From NCBI GenBank assembly GCA_964016885.1, contig OZ024754.1:38130001-38194000 (forward strand): a stretch of 64,000 nucleotides of DNA. The letters run 5' to 3'. The position numbers were made by a program, and so were the translations under genes. This document shows, one piece after another, positions 63,023 through 64,000 of the stretch. The stretch's first letter is position 1. Every line of letters starts with the position of its first letter. The DNA is from Eledone cirrhosa (lineage: Eukaryota). The notes beneath the pieces were generated by a model. The model ran no database searches, was not told the origin of the DNA, and was given only the letters and a program-made list of their open reading frames with translations.

Positions 63023-63173
63023 CTAGAGGAAAAAAGAAAATAAATAAACAAAATACATTATGCACATACACACATATATATGTATATGAAAAGTAAATAG
63101 AAAACAACAAAGTAAACAATAAAGTACAATGGAGATATAAACTAGTTTAACGTTTGATATAATAGGAAAACAG

Positions 63174-63209
63174 TCTTAACGTTTTGGATGCTAGTCTTTC
63201 ATCAGAAGA
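63174..63209 (-). ncRNA. Degenerate minimal hammerhead motif (same family as 3567-3602)
   Basis: TCTT-CTGATGA-A-AGAC-TAGC-ATCC-AAAAC-GTT-AAGA; GAAA mutated to AAAA; flanks 63085-63230 homologous to 3470-3625. Confidence 0.5.
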
Positions 63210-63950
63210 TAGAATGAGAAACAAAAGAAAAAATAGAAAGATAGAGGAGAGTTAGAAAAGAAAGAAACAGATCTGATAGAACAATGTATCAGTGAAGCAC
63301 TGGAGTTGAAATATTCCAGAAGGACGAAAAGCAAAGTTGAAGATGAGTTTTGAACTCAGAATGTAAAGAACCAGACCAAATACCGCAATGCCATTTTATC
63401 TGGCATTCTACCAATTTTGCTAAACAACCACCCTTTCACACCTTCTTAATATTGGTTTCTGATTTAGGCACAAGGGCAACAATTTTGGGGGATGGGAAAG
63501 TTGATTAAATCGACCCCAGTGCATTACTGGGACTTTATTTTATCGACCTCGTAAGGATGAGAGGCAAAAAAACAGTACAAAACAAAAAGAACACATCAAT
63601 CATTTGTTTTGTTTTGCACGGTTTTTCATTCAGGCCGTAAAGGGGCATAACTCTCTGAAATAAAGCATGTTGTCCGACGTTCTACTGCTACTGCCAATCC
63701 ATCACCTTATACCTTCTTAATATTACATAGAGTTACACTATTAATACTATATAATATTCAGTGATTTTAAAAATTTAGGTATATAATTGCAGTATGGAGA
63801 TTTTACATTTGCTTGATGTCTCTCTACCTATGTTACCAACTGGAGTTTGCAAGCAGGGAAAAGCGGATGATGAGGATGATGATGATGATTGCTCTCCTGA
63901 GCACTAATACTATATCAAAATAAAGGGTAGTGTTGTACAATTATAATAAC

Positions 63951-64000
63951 CTTGATTTCTGATTCATTAAAGTGATAACTGGAATTGCAGAATTGAGGAG
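63951..64000 (-). CDS. RNASET2: RNase T2 paralog B exon 4 (begins beyond right edge): ...PQFCNSSYHFNESEIK
   Basis: Open frame ending AAG|gttatt in phase 0 and joining SLEDELE; PxxCN.S..FN..EIK motif. Confidence 0.85.

Overview
AT-rich, repeat-dense eukaryotic DNA. The SINE, RTE-LINE and (TA)n/(CAT)n landscape looks like an octopod cephalopod; this is an inference. I reconstructed three intron-containing genes by hand, all on the minus strand and mostly missed by the ORF track. (1) The 5' half of a secreted RNase T2 gene: signal peptide, QWP motif and CAS I WTIHGLWP, running from 10427 off the left edge. (2) A complete V-ATPase subunit D gene with 7 coding exons (ATP6V1D, 248 aa, 50347..24378) and an M-box/CLEAR-like motif about 120 bp upstream of the ATG. 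(3) The 3' part of a second, different RNase T2 paralog with CAS II FWKHEWEKHGTC, running from beyond the right edge to 57722. The rest is RTE LINEs (one with about 650 open codons and a PHD-like finger inside the RT), CR1 and L1/Tx1 LINE fragments, a decayed Penelope GIY-YIG element, tRNA-derived SINEs, MITEs, a Helentron-like element and several large minisatellites. Most notable non-genic signal: several short elements, mostly embedded in (TA)n, carry type I hammerhead-ribozyme cores, some folded back into palindromes around the ribozyme's stem II.
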